Source of the DNA: the human T2T-CHM13v2.0 reference genome, Homo sapiens
Strand: one strand, 5' to 3'
DNA length: 64,000 nt
Assembly (NCBI RefSeq): GCF_009914755.1
Contig: NC_060931.1
Shown piece by piece: positions 14,447 through 28,257 of this stretch. The notes below the pieces were generated by a model. The model saw only the letters and a program-made list of their open reading frames with translations, was not told the origin of the DNA and did not search any database. Within the stretch, counting starts at the first letter, position 1, and each line of letters begins with the position of its first letter. The position numbers and the translations under genes are program-made.

Positions 14447-14618
14447 GGTTACTATGAATGAAAAAGACAATTTCATGAATGCAGAAAATCTGGGGATCGT
14501 GTTTGGGCCCACTCTGATGAGGCCCCCTGAGGACAGCACCCTGACCACCCTGCATGATATGCGGTACCAAAAGCTGATTGTGCAGATTTTAATAGAAAAC
14601 GAAGACGTTTTATTCTAA
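14447..14618 (+). CDS. CHN2: CHN2 terminal coding exon to TAA stop
   Basis: tttgttttgcag| acceptor; [57 protein letters not shown]; NL..VFGPTL RhoGAP motif; C-terminus matches CHN2 rather than CHN1. Confidence 0.97.
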
Positions 14619-14938
14619 TCCATCAGGGAAATGAGCTGAATGGCCCCAGCACCATCCAAGTTGACACAGCTAAAGGAATAAAAACATTTCTTACCACTTG
14701 ATTTGTTTTCCAAGCAAGTGCTAGAATTTGCTGGACTGCAGAGGATCGCTGAGTGGGGTACTGTGTCTCATAGACATGCGCCACCTCCACGTGAGAACAA
14801 GGGTGAAGGTGAGGGAAGCCCCTCACCTTGGGTCTTTTGCTGTGCCTCCTATGTATGTCTGGTTTGCTGGAAGAGTGATTAATACATCTTTAATTTATTA
14901 AAAAACAATGTAGACCTTTAAACTTCAGTCTTATTGGT

Positions 14939-14944
14939 AATAAA
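14939..14944 (+). terminator. Candidate proximal polyadenylation signal AATAAA (others at 14677 AATAAA and 14897 ATTAAA)
   Basis: Hexamers seen directly; usage unknown. Confidence 0.35.
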
Positions 14945-16190
14945 AGGGAACTTAATTCATACAGGTACTTGATACAGTTATACATTTTCCACTTACAAAA
15001 AGAAGACAATTCTGTTAAATGAAACCTGTATCGTAAAATGTATCTTTATTTTACCCACGAGAATGTTGTTATTTTTAGCAAATAGAACTCAATGCAGTGC
15101 ATTGGTTATTACCCTGTGTACCTTGTCCCTCATTTTGCTGTGACACCCTGAAAAAGCTGACCACAAATGCAGTATTATCTTGACATACCTCTGTCCTCCT
15201 CAGTGCTTTTTAATGAAATTTCACCTGCCCCTTGTGTTCCTGCTTTGGATAGTTTTTGCTCTTAAGCATTGGCATTCTTCTATTGTATGGTATGTATTTA
15301 CAGCAATTGTAGGATGGTCTGAAATGTCCACACACTTTCTATGCATACAAATTTTGTGAATTCCCAAAGTATGCTTTGGAATTGGTCATAGTCTTTTCGT
15401 ATCATGAGTGTGTATCCCAGAAGATACAGAATGCGGTCATTTTACCTGAAATTATTTGAGAACACTGGATGTATCTGGTCTGTGTAAAAAGTTAGCACTT
15501 ACCCTCTTTTCTTCCTGGCCAAGCCCTCTGAATTCATCTGTTAATATCAAATTGTATTTTTGCCACATTTCTGTATTGGTGAAAAGCGAATCTGCAGAAT
15601 AACTGCCAACGTTTTTCATTCTTGTTTTACAAACCTATTTTTTAAAGTGAGAATAAGGTTGGTTTTTACCAAATATTTGTTCCTCCTTGACAAAAGTAGC
15701 TCTGTGTGGATAATATGATTTTATTACTACAGTTCCAGTCACTTGGTTATATTTATCTTAGCATGAGCCTTTCACACCAAGATTTCTATATTTTGTAACA
15801 TAGGTGAAATATTTAAAACATCAAAAACTGTAAATCTAGATTTTTAAAAAATCCAACTGCAATGTCTTTTCCTTTGATTGAGATGATTTGTGTAAACTCA
15901 CCAGTCTTGCTTTGGAGTGAGCAGAAGAGAATGACTATTTTACGTGGAGCATCATTGTGTGACTGTTGACCTGGACAGTCCCAAGGGCTATGCAGATGGA
16001 CTCCATTGGCACAGGGAGGTTTGACCTCTTCCCTGCTATTATCCCTCCTCCCAACTGTACAGATTTGTTTGTTGTAGTTTATGTACTTCTTGATACTGTC
16101 AAAAAATTATCTGGAAATGGTTTTATTTTGTGAAGTGAACAATACTTTGTAATTTATGATAGTGTAAATGGAAGGCAAAGCATCACATGT

Positions 16191-16196
16191 ATTAAA
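16191..16196 (+). terminator. Distal polyadenylation signal ATTAAA of CHN2
   Basis: ATTAAA at the end of the AT-rich UTR block, preceded by TGTA and followed by T/GT-rich sequence. Confidence 0.65.
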
Positions 16197-17783
16197 TTCT
16201 TCTGTCTATTATTCTGGAGTATGTGCAAGAAAGTGGTTTGGAGGGATGGGGTGGTGGATCATCAAAACATTGTTTCCAGATAGACGCTGGCAACAAATTT
16301 TCAGTCATCACTGAAACACAATGAGAAAACAGCATCTCATCGAGTCCCCACTCCTTCTGCAAGCTCCCTTCTAGAGAGCCTGCTTCAAGATTAAGGCCCT
16401 GAGGCTCCACATTCACTTTCCATAAGCCCCACTGCATGGATGCATCATCATACAGAGGTGAACCGTTTAGGGCAAATCACCCTAGGCCACTTGGAGGGTA
16501 GCAGAACAAGACTTTTAAAGTCAGAAAGCCCTGAGTTTGATCCCAGATCCGTCCATTTAGTACTACCTGCATATAACCATGGGAAGTTTGCGGCTCTGAA
16601 AAACTGAAGATGATAATCTGATTGTGACACCTTAAATGAAATTTATGTTCTAGGGTAATTAGTAATAGTTATTTCTCATTATTACCATTTTAGAAGGGGA
16701 AAGGATATAACATGGAAGCAGGGATGGAAGAAGCATAAGAAAAGGATTTGTCACAGGTTCAATCCAAGTCCAAATAGCACTAAAGGATATAACAGGCCTC
16801 TATAATGGGTAATGAAGTTCACTTGACTCCTTTTCTCAAATGTGATTCCAACACTTGATCTCCTCTTCCTTTAGTCTGAAGCCAGCTCACCCACACCTGT
16901 CTTCCCCACCATCTGGCAGCCTGACATAGCTCCCCTTACCTGGCTTGAAATTCCTGCTGTTAGAATAACTCTGGTAGTTAGTTAGACCATCAAGGAGGCA
17001 GCACTGTTTCCAGAAACCCACTGTTAAATTGTCAACAACTGAGTTGTGGGAAGTGGGACAGGAGCAGGGTTGGTGGGAGAATGCAGTGGTGAGGATGGGA
17101 GGAGACCCCTTTTTCTTTCTTCCATTGACATAAATGGGCATTCCAGATGACCTGGTCTCCACAGCTTGGAAGGGCTGCTGCAGATGTCAAGGATAACAGC
17201 CTAGAAGGGAAGAGAGAGGAAGAGAGAAGGTTAAGGGAAGGACAGTGAAGAGAGCATCAGAAAGAAACATACCATATAGATGAAGGATTGCCTGGGCTGT
17301 CCTGGCTCCTGTGAAAACCCAACTCAGTTTATAAATTCCCAAGTTTATCAATATCCAGTGTATAATCAGTCTTTTATTTTAAAAATATAACATTAACTTT
17401 TAACCAGTATGTATCAAGCATTTATTAATGAGGTAGACACTGAATATTTGGAGGCAAGGAAAAGGCTTATCGCACTGGAAGAATTAAACAATAAAGTTAG
17501 TCTGGCTAGAGAGAGGAAACTGATCATGTTAAGGGTTTTGGACTCTTAAGGGGAATGGGTACTACATATTTGTCTCCAGACACAGAATGTAGGAGGTACC
17601 AGCCATCAGGGCCATTTCCAAGGTCGGTGCTGTCTTTCTGCTCCACCATCCTAGGCTTATTGTTATTTCCCCTTGGGTTTTGGCTCACATAGTTACAAGG
17701 AGGCTACAAAGACCACCAAGTCAATGCCTTTCTCTTCTTGTGTGTCCCATTTAACAGTGAGGAAAACTTTCCTAGGAGTCCCC

Positions 17784-18319
17784 TGTATAGTAGACAGTGA
17801 TACCTGACAGCAATTACTTAAGCATACCCTGAGAATGATGCTGTGTGGCAGACACGCCTGAATGTGTATTTGGACTTTCGAGGAACTGGGAATGGCAAAC
17901 CTGGAGATTACTTTCTCATCTATGAGGAACATCTGAGCCCCTGCCCTGTCCTATGGATCAAGACCCTTTGAGTTCAATGAAGGTTAACAGCTGGAGGTTG
18001 TTAGGGGAAGGGTGCTAAGTGAAAATGCTCTATAAACTGCATGCTTTTTACAAGCGGCAGCGGTTCTCCCGCCCAGCCTGCCACCGCTAGAACATGTAGT
18101 CCTCCTGTCCAGCCTGCTGTCACTGGACCATATGCTTCTCCTGTCCAGCCTGCCACCACTAGACCATGTGGTCCTCCTGTCTAGCCTGCTGCCACTGCAC
18201 TGCTCTGTATGTAAGTTTCCCACTAATAACACTCTGTCTTATTTACTGGCTCTGGTTCTTCTTTGGCCTCTTGAACCTGGTGCCATCCCTACTGAAGTTA
18301 ATAGGGGTCCTGAATGACA
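17784..18319 (+). mobile_element. Solo ERVL-type LTR (LTR47-like) inserted in an older MLT1
   Basis: TG...CA termini, near-perfect 5-bp TSD tcccc/ttccc, TATA-like ctataaa at ~18030, recalled agcataccctgagaatga motif; subfamily name tentative. Confidence 0.7.
18060..18203. repeat. 4 x 36-bp tandem repeat (ABAB) within the LTR
   Basis: Units start at 18060, 18096, 18132 and 18168; core ctcctgtccagcctgc. Confidence 0.9.
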
Positions 18320-19279
18320 TTCCCCAACATACAATCCCTTACATTGGCCAGAACTGCATTGCACACATGTGGCTAAACCAGTCACTAGCAAGGGGAATGA
18401 GATCACCAGGATTAGTTTAGATCAGTGGTTCACAACATGAGATCCCTTGATCAGCAACAGCATGAACTGGGACTTGTTAAAAAGGCAAATTCTCTTGCCT
18501 GACTCACTGAATCCAGGGGAAGCATTTTGCGATCTTTTTCTTTTTCTTTCTTTTTTTTTTTTTTTTTAACAAGTCTTTCAGGTAATTCCATTGATTGAGC
18601 AATCAGGACTTACACCTGACCTGGGGTTGGAGCCAACTTACTCAAGGTGTTTGGATACCTGAAATGAACTAGGACTCATTAGCAAAGAAAGGGGCTTTGC
18701 GGCACTGTGAAGGTTGTTGAGATTCTCAGAAGTGGTAGAGAACTTTCCCCACCCATACACTCCTCCCTTCATGACCAAGATCTCCATGGGTCCCACCCCT
18801 ATAACCGTATTACCAACTCTGTCTCTAATGTAACACTGTCTAAACTATAAGCTTCATGAGGACTGGAATCCGATCTGCTTTGCTCACCATCCTACCCATC
18901 CCTTACCCAGCACTGTGCTAGCACACAGTAGCCAACCCCAAACTTTTATAAATTAATGGCTTGTTCCTTCTACAAATACTGCACTCAAATGTCCCATTTT
19001 GGTGTGGTAGTGGAGGGGAATAATTCGAGAAGCAGATTCTGAAAATGCACAGTAACTCCTGTCTTTTGGAGCTGTGGCTAACATCTGAACTCTTTGGTTA
19101 TTGAAGCTTTCTCCTTGACGTTCTCCTTAACTCGCTCTTCAGCATGTTCTTTCTCCTTTTCCCCAGAAGGAATGATTAAGCTTCAAAATAAGTCAGTTTG
19201 AAGAATCTGAAGATCTAAGTCTCTAGTTCAATTGCAGGTTACACAGATAATGGTAGATTTGGCTAGAATCTAGTGCAAT

Positions 19280-19500
19280 GTAGACACGAGGAGGTCAGGT
19301 GCTGGGTCCAGACAGCCTCCGGTTAAATCATAGCTCCATCTCTTTCTAATAGTGTGACTTACGGAAAGTTAATTTGCTTTTTAGGTCTCAGTTTTCTTGT
19401 CATTAAAATGAACTAATACCAGTTCCTATTCCATGGAGGCTTAAGGTACTCTGTGGACAGCACTCAGCATATTTGGAGAACAAAGTAGGTAAGCAAATGC
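19280..19500 (+). mobile_element. MIR
   Basis: gtgtgacttacggaaagttaattt...ggtctcagttttcttgtcattaaaatg. Confidence 0.65.
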
Positions 19501-19758
19501 TTTTCTAAAATACGCAACAACTTGGGGAAATGTTTGAGAATGCTTAACCATTAGTATCCCTTCTTCACAGTGATAAGGCACCATCACTTACGGCTGTCTA
19601 GCAAATGAGAGAGTTTCATGAATGGTAACTATTACTACCCAATGAACTTTGGAAGTGAAGCCATTTGGAAGTCCAGCTCCAAATGATGGACAACAGTGAG
19701 TGTGCAGAAAGAACATGCTGAAGGGTGAGTTAAGGAGGCCTAGTTCCAAATGTTAATA

Positions 19759-19884
19759 GCCTTGATCTGTGACTGAGCCAGGTCTTGTGGCTCTAAAGCC
19801 CGTGTTCCTGTGGATGCATATCAAGTGTTCCTGTGGAGCACTGGCTTTAGAGCCACAAGACCTGGCTCAGTCACAGATCAAGGC
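19759..19884. repeat. Perfect 42-bp inverted repeat with 42-bp spacer
   Basis: 19759-19800 is the exact reverse complement of 19843-19884. Confidence 0.97.
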
Positions 19885-21257
19885 CCCACTCACCAACCTC
19901 ACAGGTCTATCACTGAGGCCAGATGACATGCAGCAGGTGTGGAGGCTCCTTCACAAACCCTCACACCCCTCGGTACATCCTGTCCCGCATCCTCTGCTCA
20001 GGCTCCTCTGCCCAAACATGCAAGTCCCTGATGCATCCTCCAAGGCTGCTTCTCACCCTACTTTCTCCCTAGCCAATCACATTCACTCTGGCTTTGAATG
20101 CTATCTGTCAACAAATCCAAATTATCCTCAAGATTCAGTTTGCTACCTAATGCACTGTGACAAATCCCTTCTGCTTAAACCAGCTAGCATGTGATCTGTT
20201 GCTCATGGCCAAGGTCCCTGATGAACATGCCAATCCCTCTGCCACTCAGCTCTTTAAAATCTTCACATCTGTCATACTTGCATGGCATTAAAACAATTTT
20301 AAAAATCAGAATAAAGGACTTGATCCCATTTATTCTTCCTCATTCCTTGGCACTTTTTATATTCTTACTGTGTATATTCAATCTATGCCATGTTTTATAG
20401 AAATGGTATCATACTCTATATTAACATTCTACAAATTATTTTTAATTCTCCTTATGTTTTTGAAATGTATCCATGTTGATACTCATAGACCTACTTCATT
20501 CATTTTAGCTGTCCTAAAATATTTTACTAAGTAATTTATCCCTCTGCTACTATTAGGTATTCAGTTTCCTTCTTTTCTATTGAAAACAGCATTTCCATGA
20601 ATGTTTTTGTTGAAGTCTGCATGTGCTAGATTGGAATTGCTAGACTGTGAGGAATGCATATCAAAAGCTTTGCTAGATGCTCCCCAAAGTGACTGTGCCA
20701 ATTTATACTCTCATCAGCAGTGTTTGAGAGTTCCTGTCTCTTTGTATCCTTATGAACACTTGGCATCACCCGACTTAAATATTTTGCTACTCTGTTGGCA
20801 TAAAATGACATCTTTTTGTTTTAATTTGCATTTCTTTGATTACCACTAAAGTTCAGCATCTTTTCTGGTTTAATGGCCACTTAACTGTCTCTTCTATGAA
20901 CTGGCTATTCATAACTTTTACCATTTCTCTACTGAGTTTTTTCTCTACATCTACTGATTTGTTGGAGTTCTTTATAAATTCCAAACTGTTTCTTAATCAA
21001 TCATGTGCATTGTATATATCTTCTCCCAATATAAAGGATCAATTTTTTTATAGTTTATGCTTTATGTTTCTTATCCTGACCCTTAAATCATAAAGGTTTT
21101 TTTTATATGTTTTGTAAAAATATTCAAGTTATGCTTTTCACATTGATGTCTGAAATTTTGGTGCAAAAGGTAGGAATCTATTTTTTTCCATGTGAATACC
21201 AAACTATCTTAGTGCAGCTCTATTCAATAAATTATCTTAGTGCAATTTATTGAACAG

Positions 21258-21862
<605 letters not shown>

Positions 21863-22550
21863 AGAATAGACCATCCTTTCTCCCAAAGGGAGAGGGGTCT
21901 CCTAATTTGTCATAATGGAATTTCTTTAATTGCATAGGTCTGTTTCTGGACTCTCTTTTCTGATCTGTTAGTCATTTTATCTAGCTCTGTACCAATGCTA
22001 CACTGTCTTTTAATTTTTATTACTTTATAATAAGTATTAAGATCTTATTCCCATTCTTGTTCCTCTTCTTCAAAATTGTCTTCGTTCTTATGTTTCACTC
22101 TCACATATGAATTCTAGGACCACCTAGTCTAGTCTTTCCTATCATGACATCCTAAGAAAACCTACTAGGATTTTGATAAGAATGGCATTTGATTTCTATT
22201 TTTAGAAAGAATAGACATCTCCCTTCACAAATATAATACAGCTCTCCTTTAATTTGGGTGTTTATGCCCTTCAATAAGATTTTATAATTTTCTACACAAA
22301 GTGTATGCCCATATTTTATAATATTTATTCCTAGATACTTTATAGTTTGTGTTGCTATTGTGAATAGATTGTTTCTCATATGCTTTATAATGGGTTATTA
22401 CAAATATTAGGAACACTGCTTATTTATATAAATCTTATCTCTAACAACCTTGCTGAACTCTATTAGTTCTAAATAATCTTCTTGGGCTTTTTGTATAATC
22501 ATATTGCCTGCAAATATGGACAACTTTGTCCCTTTCCAATTCTCATACTT

Positions 22551-25500
22551 GTTAAATATTTTATCTTTTTAACTGACCCATACTAATTGTACATATTTAT
22601 GGGGTACACAGTGATGTTTCAATATGTACAAAATATAGTGATCAACAGACCCACAGCTAGTATCACACTGAATGGGGAAAAACTAAAAGCCTTTCCTCTA
22701 AGATCTGGAACACAATAGGGATGCCCACTGTCACCATTGTTATTCAACATAGTACTAGAAGTCCCAGCTAGAGCAATCAAACAAGAGAAGGAAATAAAGG
22801 GCATCCAAATTGAAAAGTAAGAAGTCAAATTATCTTTATTTGTTGATGATATGATCTTATATTTGGAAAAACCTAAAGACTCCACAAGAAATCTATTAGA
22901 ACTGATATATTCAGTAAAGTTGACAATAGCTAATATTTGGAAGCAACCTAATTGCCCATCAACGATGAATTGATAAAGAAAATGTGGTACATACACACAG
23001 TGGAATATTATTCAGTCATAAAAAAGAATGAGATCCAGTCATTTGAAACAACATGGATGGAACTGAAGATCATCGTACTAAGTAAAATAAGCCAGGCACA
23101 GAAAGACAAACCACATGGTCTCACTTTTTTGTGGGATCTAAAAATCAAATCAATTGAACTCATGGACACAGAGAGTAGAAGGATGGTTACCAGAAGCTGG
23201 GAAGGGTACTGGGGGACTGGAGAGGTAGGGATAGTTAATGGGTACCAAAAAAAGAAAGAATGAATAAGACCTACTATTGGATAGCACAATAGCATGATTA
23301 TAGTCAATAACTTACTTGTATATTTTTAAATAACTTAAAGAATGTAATTGGATTGTCTGTAACTCAAAGGATAAATACCTGAGGGGATGGATACCCCATT
23401 CTCTATGATGTGCTTATTTCACATTGCATGCCTGTATCAAAATATCTCTTTGCTGTTGAGATGTTAGGGTTCCTTATATATTCTGGATATTAATCCCCTG
23501 TTGGATGAACAGTTTACAAATATTTTCTCCCATTCTGTAGGTTGTCATACACTCGTTGACTGTTTCCTTTGCTGTACAGAAGCTTTTTAATGGACATAAT
23601 CCCATTTGTTTTTGTTTTTGTTGCCTGTGCTTTTGATGTCTTACTCATAAAATATTTCCCAGAACAATATCCTGAAGAATTTCCCCATGTTTTCTTCTAG
23701 TAGTTTTATAGTTTTGGATCTTACATTTAGGTCTTTAATCTAGTTCGAGTTAATTTTGTATATGGCAAGAGGTGGGGGTCTAGTTTCATTCATCTGTATA
23801 TGGATATCCAGTTTTACCAGCACCATTTGTTGGAGACACTATTCTTCCCCCAAGGAATGTTCTTAGCACCTTTGTCAAAAATCAGTTTGCTATAGATATG
23901 TCCATTAATCTCTGGGTTCTCTGTTCTGTTCTGTTGGTCTATGTGTCTTTTATGCCAGTACCATGCTATTTTGATTACTATAGCTTTGTAGTATATTTTT
24001 AAGTCTGGTAGTGTGATACCACCAGCTTTGTTCTTTTTACTCAGAATTACTTTAACTATTCCCCAAATAAAAGATCTAGAGTAACTGAATGGATTAAAAA
24101 ACATGACCTAAATATATGCTGCCTATAAGAAATACACCTGTAAAGACACACATAGACTGAAAGTGAAGGGATGGGAAAACATATTATACACAAACAGAAA
24201 CCAAAAGTGAGCAGGAGTAGCTATACTTAGATAAAATAGACTTTAAGCCAAAAGCTATTAAAAAAGCAAAAAAGGATATTATATAATAATAAAGGGATCA
24301 ATTCGGCAAGAAATATAACAATTGAAAGTATATATACACCCAATACTGGAGCACCCAGGCATATAAAGCAAATATTATTAGATCTAAAAGGAGAGAAAGA
24401 CCCCAGTATAATAATAGCTGGGGACTTCAACACCCCACTCTCAGCACTGCACAGATAAGCTAGGCAGAAAATTGGCAAAGAAACATCGGAATTAAACTGC
24501 ACCACAGAACAAATGGACCTAAGAACATTTCATCCAACAACTGCAGAATACACATTCCTTTTATCAGCACATGAAACATTCTGTAAGACTGACCATATGT
24601 TAGGACACAAAAGAAGTCTCAATAAATTTTTAAAAGTTGAAATAATATCAAATATCTGATGACAACAGAATAAAATTAGAACTCAATAACAAGGAAACAT
24701 TTGAAACTATACAAATAAGTGAAAATTAAACATGCTCCTGAGCAACCAATGGGTTAAGAAATTGGGAAGGAAATTTAAAAATTTCTTGAAACAAATAGAA
24801 ATACAATATACCAAAACCTATGGGACACAGCAAAAGCAGTATTAAGAGGCAAGTTTATAGCAATAAATAACTACATCAAAAAAAAGTAGAAAGACTTCAA
24901 ACAAATAAATTACACATCTCAAGGAACTAGCAAACAAGAACAAAGTGAACCCAAAATTAGAAGGAAAGAACTAATAATGATCAGAGGATAAATAAATGGC
25001 ATTGAGACTAAAAAAATACAAAAGATCAATGAAACAAAAAGTTGGTTTCTTGAAAAATGAAATCAACAAACTATTAGCTAGACTAACAAAGAAAAAAAGA
25101 GAGAAGACACAAATAAATAAAATCAGAAATGAAAAAGGAGATGTCACAATGGATACCACAGAAATACAAGGATCATTAGAGATGATTATGAACAACTATA
25201 TACTAATAAATTTGAAAAGCTAGAAGAAGTAGGAAAAATCCTAGACAATACAACCTACGAAGAGTGAACCAAGAAGAAATAGAAAACCTGAATAGACCAA
25301 TAACAAGTAATGAGATTGAATCAGTAATAAAAATTGTCCCAACAAATAAAAGCCCAGGACCACATGACTTCACTGCTGAATTCTACCAAGATTTTTAAAA
25401 AGAATAAAAAATCTTCTCAAACTGTTCCAAAAAAGTTGAAGAGGAGGGAATTCTCCCTAACTCATTCTATAAGACCAGCATAACCGTGATAACAAAACCG

Positions 25501-26456
25501 GACAGGGACACAACAAAAAATTTATAGGCCAATATCCCTGATGAGCATAGATGCAAAAATCTTCAACGAAATACTAGCAAACAGAATCCAACAACACATA
25601 AAAAAGATAATACATCATGATCAAGTGGGATTTATCCTAGGGATGCAAGGATGGTTCAACAAACACAAATTAATAAATATGGTACATCACATCAACAGAA
25701 AGGACAAAAACCATACGATCATCTCAATAAATGCAGAAAAAGCATCTGATAAAATTCAACATTCCTTCATGATGAAAACTCTCAATAAAAAGGAAGTACT
25801 TCAACACAATAATGGTCAGAGATGACAGATTTACAGCTAACAACATACTCAATGGGGGAAAGTGGAAAGCTTTTTCTCTAAGACCTGGAACAAGACAAGA
25901 TGCCCACTCTCACCACTCTTATTTAATACAGTACTGGCAGTCCTATCCAGAGCCATGGGCAAGAGAAAGAAAAGGCATACGAACTGGAGTGGAGGAAGTC
26001 AAAATGTCTCTGTGGATGACATGATCTTGTGCACTGTAAAACCTAAACACTCTACCAAAAATCTCTTAGAACTGATAAGTAAATTCAGTAATGTTGCAGG
26101 ATACAAATTAACTTATAAAAATCAGTAGCCTTTCTATACACAAAAGACAAACTAGCTAAAAAAAAAATCAAGAAGAAAATTCTATTTATGATAGCTACAA
26201 AAAAGTAAAATACATAGAAATAAATTTAACCAAGGAGGGAGAAGATCTCTACAAGGAAAGATACAAAACACTGATGAAATAAATCCAAGAGGATACAAAC
26301 AAATGGCAATACATCTCATGGTCATGAATTAGAATAATTAATATTGTTAAAATGACCATACTGCCCAAAGCAATCTACAGATTATATGCAATCCCTATCA
26401 GAATACCAGTGACATTCTTCACAGAAATTTTTAAAAATCCTAAAATTCATATGGAA
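22551..26456 (-). mobile_element. L1MA with 5' inversion (antisense 22551-22644 and 23449-24060; sense ORF2 24061-26456)
   Basis: 15-bp TSD ccaattctcatactt at 22536-22550 and 26457-26471; L1 EN/RT peptide fragments in the ORF track. Confidence 0.85.
22645..23448 (+). mobile_element. Nested, internally deleted, tailless L1MA1/2-like fragment
   Basis: RT-region sequence 22645-22922 fused to ORF2 C-terminus/3'UTR 22923-23448. Confidence 0.8.
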
Positions 26457-27649
26457 CCAATTCTCATACTTTTTATTTCTTCTCTTCTTAATATAGTGGC
26501 TAGGACCGCTAGAGATGAAAGCAGCCATCCTCACCTTGTTTCTGACTTTAATGAGAATATAGCTAAAGTTTCGCCATTAAACGTGATGTTTGTTGTAATT
26601 TCTACACTAATGATTCTCAAACATGGTGTATGTCAGAATCACTTCAAGAACTAAAAGGAACACAGATGCCAGGTTTGTTGAAAAAAGAAAGGGCCTGGAC
26701 CTTTGTATTTTTACCAAGCTTCTCAGGTGATTCTGTTACCCACCAAAGAAAGTTCCCTTCTAGTTCTAAAGAAATAATCTTTTTAAAAAAGCACACATGG
26801 GTGGTGTTTTATTAAATGGTTTTTTTCCTGAAATCTCTTAAGATGATCTTTAGGTCCTATTTTCTCTTTTACCCTGTTAAGCTGGTATGTTACATAAATA
26901 GATTTCTTAATGTTAAGCCACCATTGTGCTCCTAGGAAATTTTTAACCTGGTCACATGTAGTATTTTTTTAATACGCTGCTTTAATTTCTAGTGTGTTCT
27001 TCCTTTCTTTCCCTTCCTTTATCTTCCTTTCTTTCATTTTTTAGAATTTACATCAAGCTACACATGGGAAAATGGCCTATAACTGTCTCTGAATAGCATC
27101 TATTCCATTTTTTCTCTCATAAGAGGAGTTGTACAGCTTTCTCTATTGTTCTTTTCTCTGAAACAGCTTTAATAAAATTGGTAAATTAGAATTAAGTTCA
27201 GCTGGAAATGGCAGAAAACCCAAATTGCAATAGATAAAACAAAATGGAAGTTGACGTCTCGCTCATATCAAATCCAGGTGGGTGGTGTTGGTCTGATACG
27301 GCAGCTGCATACTCATCAGGGACCCAGGCTCCTTCTGTCTGCTTGTTTGTTGCCCTGGAGATCTCCCACCTGTGGTTGCCTCACACAGCACTGCCTTCTC
27401 CTACAGGCTTCATGAAACCATCTTCACAACCCTGGCTTCCAAAAAACATGACCCTTGCCTACCACAACCAACATCTTTCTCTGCTAGAATTGCTGGACCT
27501 AGATTGGGTCCCTTTCACATCTAAGCAATCACCAGGTTCCACTTGGCCCACAGTAATGCATACACCTCTACCACACCATTGGTAGAGGGCAGCTCACTCC
27601 ACCGCAGCCCTCTCTACTCACCCTACTAGTGTTGGGTAGCCCTTTACCT

Positions 27650-28255
27650 TTAACTCTTCTGGGCATGAGTCAGGTATCTCTGACTCCTTCCCTTCTCTTG
27701 CACACTATATGCAAAGCATCAGCAAAGCTTCTTGGCTTTACTTCAGAATATCTTCACAATCTTACCACCTGCCCCATCTCCACTGCCACTACTCTGGTCC
27801 AAGTCACCACTGTCTCTCACTGGACACCTGTAACAGCCTCCTAACTCAGCTCCTTGCTTCTGCTCTTGCCTCTCTCCAACCCCACATCCCACCCCTAAGA
27901 GTCTATCCCAGCACAGCGAGTAGAGGGATCCTGTTAAAAGCTATCGTAAATGTCACTGCTATGCCTAAAACTCTCCACTGGTTTCCCATCTTACTCAGAA
28001 TAAGTCAATGTCTTTACAGTGGATGCCCCAGGCCTATGTACATGACTTCTCTAGATCTCCATAAATTCCCCCCACCTCCTCTCATACTACTATGGCCTCG
28101 GCTCACTGTATTCCAGACCTGCTCAGGCCCTTTTGCTGTTCCTTCAACATGCAAGGCACACTCGAGTCCTGGGGGAGTTGGCCATTGCTGTTCCTTTTGC
28201 CTGGAATGCTCTTTCACCATTTATCTGAGTGGCTACTTCTCTTTCCCTCTTCAGG
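27650..28255 (+). mobile_element. L2 remnant
   Basis: catcagcaaag...cttcagaatatc...ctctggtccaagtcaccactgtctctcactggac...gcctggaatgctctt. Confidence 0.75.
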
Positions 28256-28257
28256 TC

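Larger units (their letters stand above)
14619..16220 (+). other. CHN2: CHN2 3'UTR (~1.6 kb)
   Basis: Repeat-free AT-rich sequence after the stop, several ATTTA motifs, ending near ATTAAA at 16191-16196; exact cleavage site inferred. Confidence 0.75.

Noticed and set aside
18060-18203. CRISPR-like periodicity
   Set aside because: Head-to-tail diverged tandem units without unique spacers, in primate DNA.
17984-18232. Minus-strand repetitive ORF (GGRLDRRT)n
   Set aside because: By-product of the 36-bp LTR tandem repeat.
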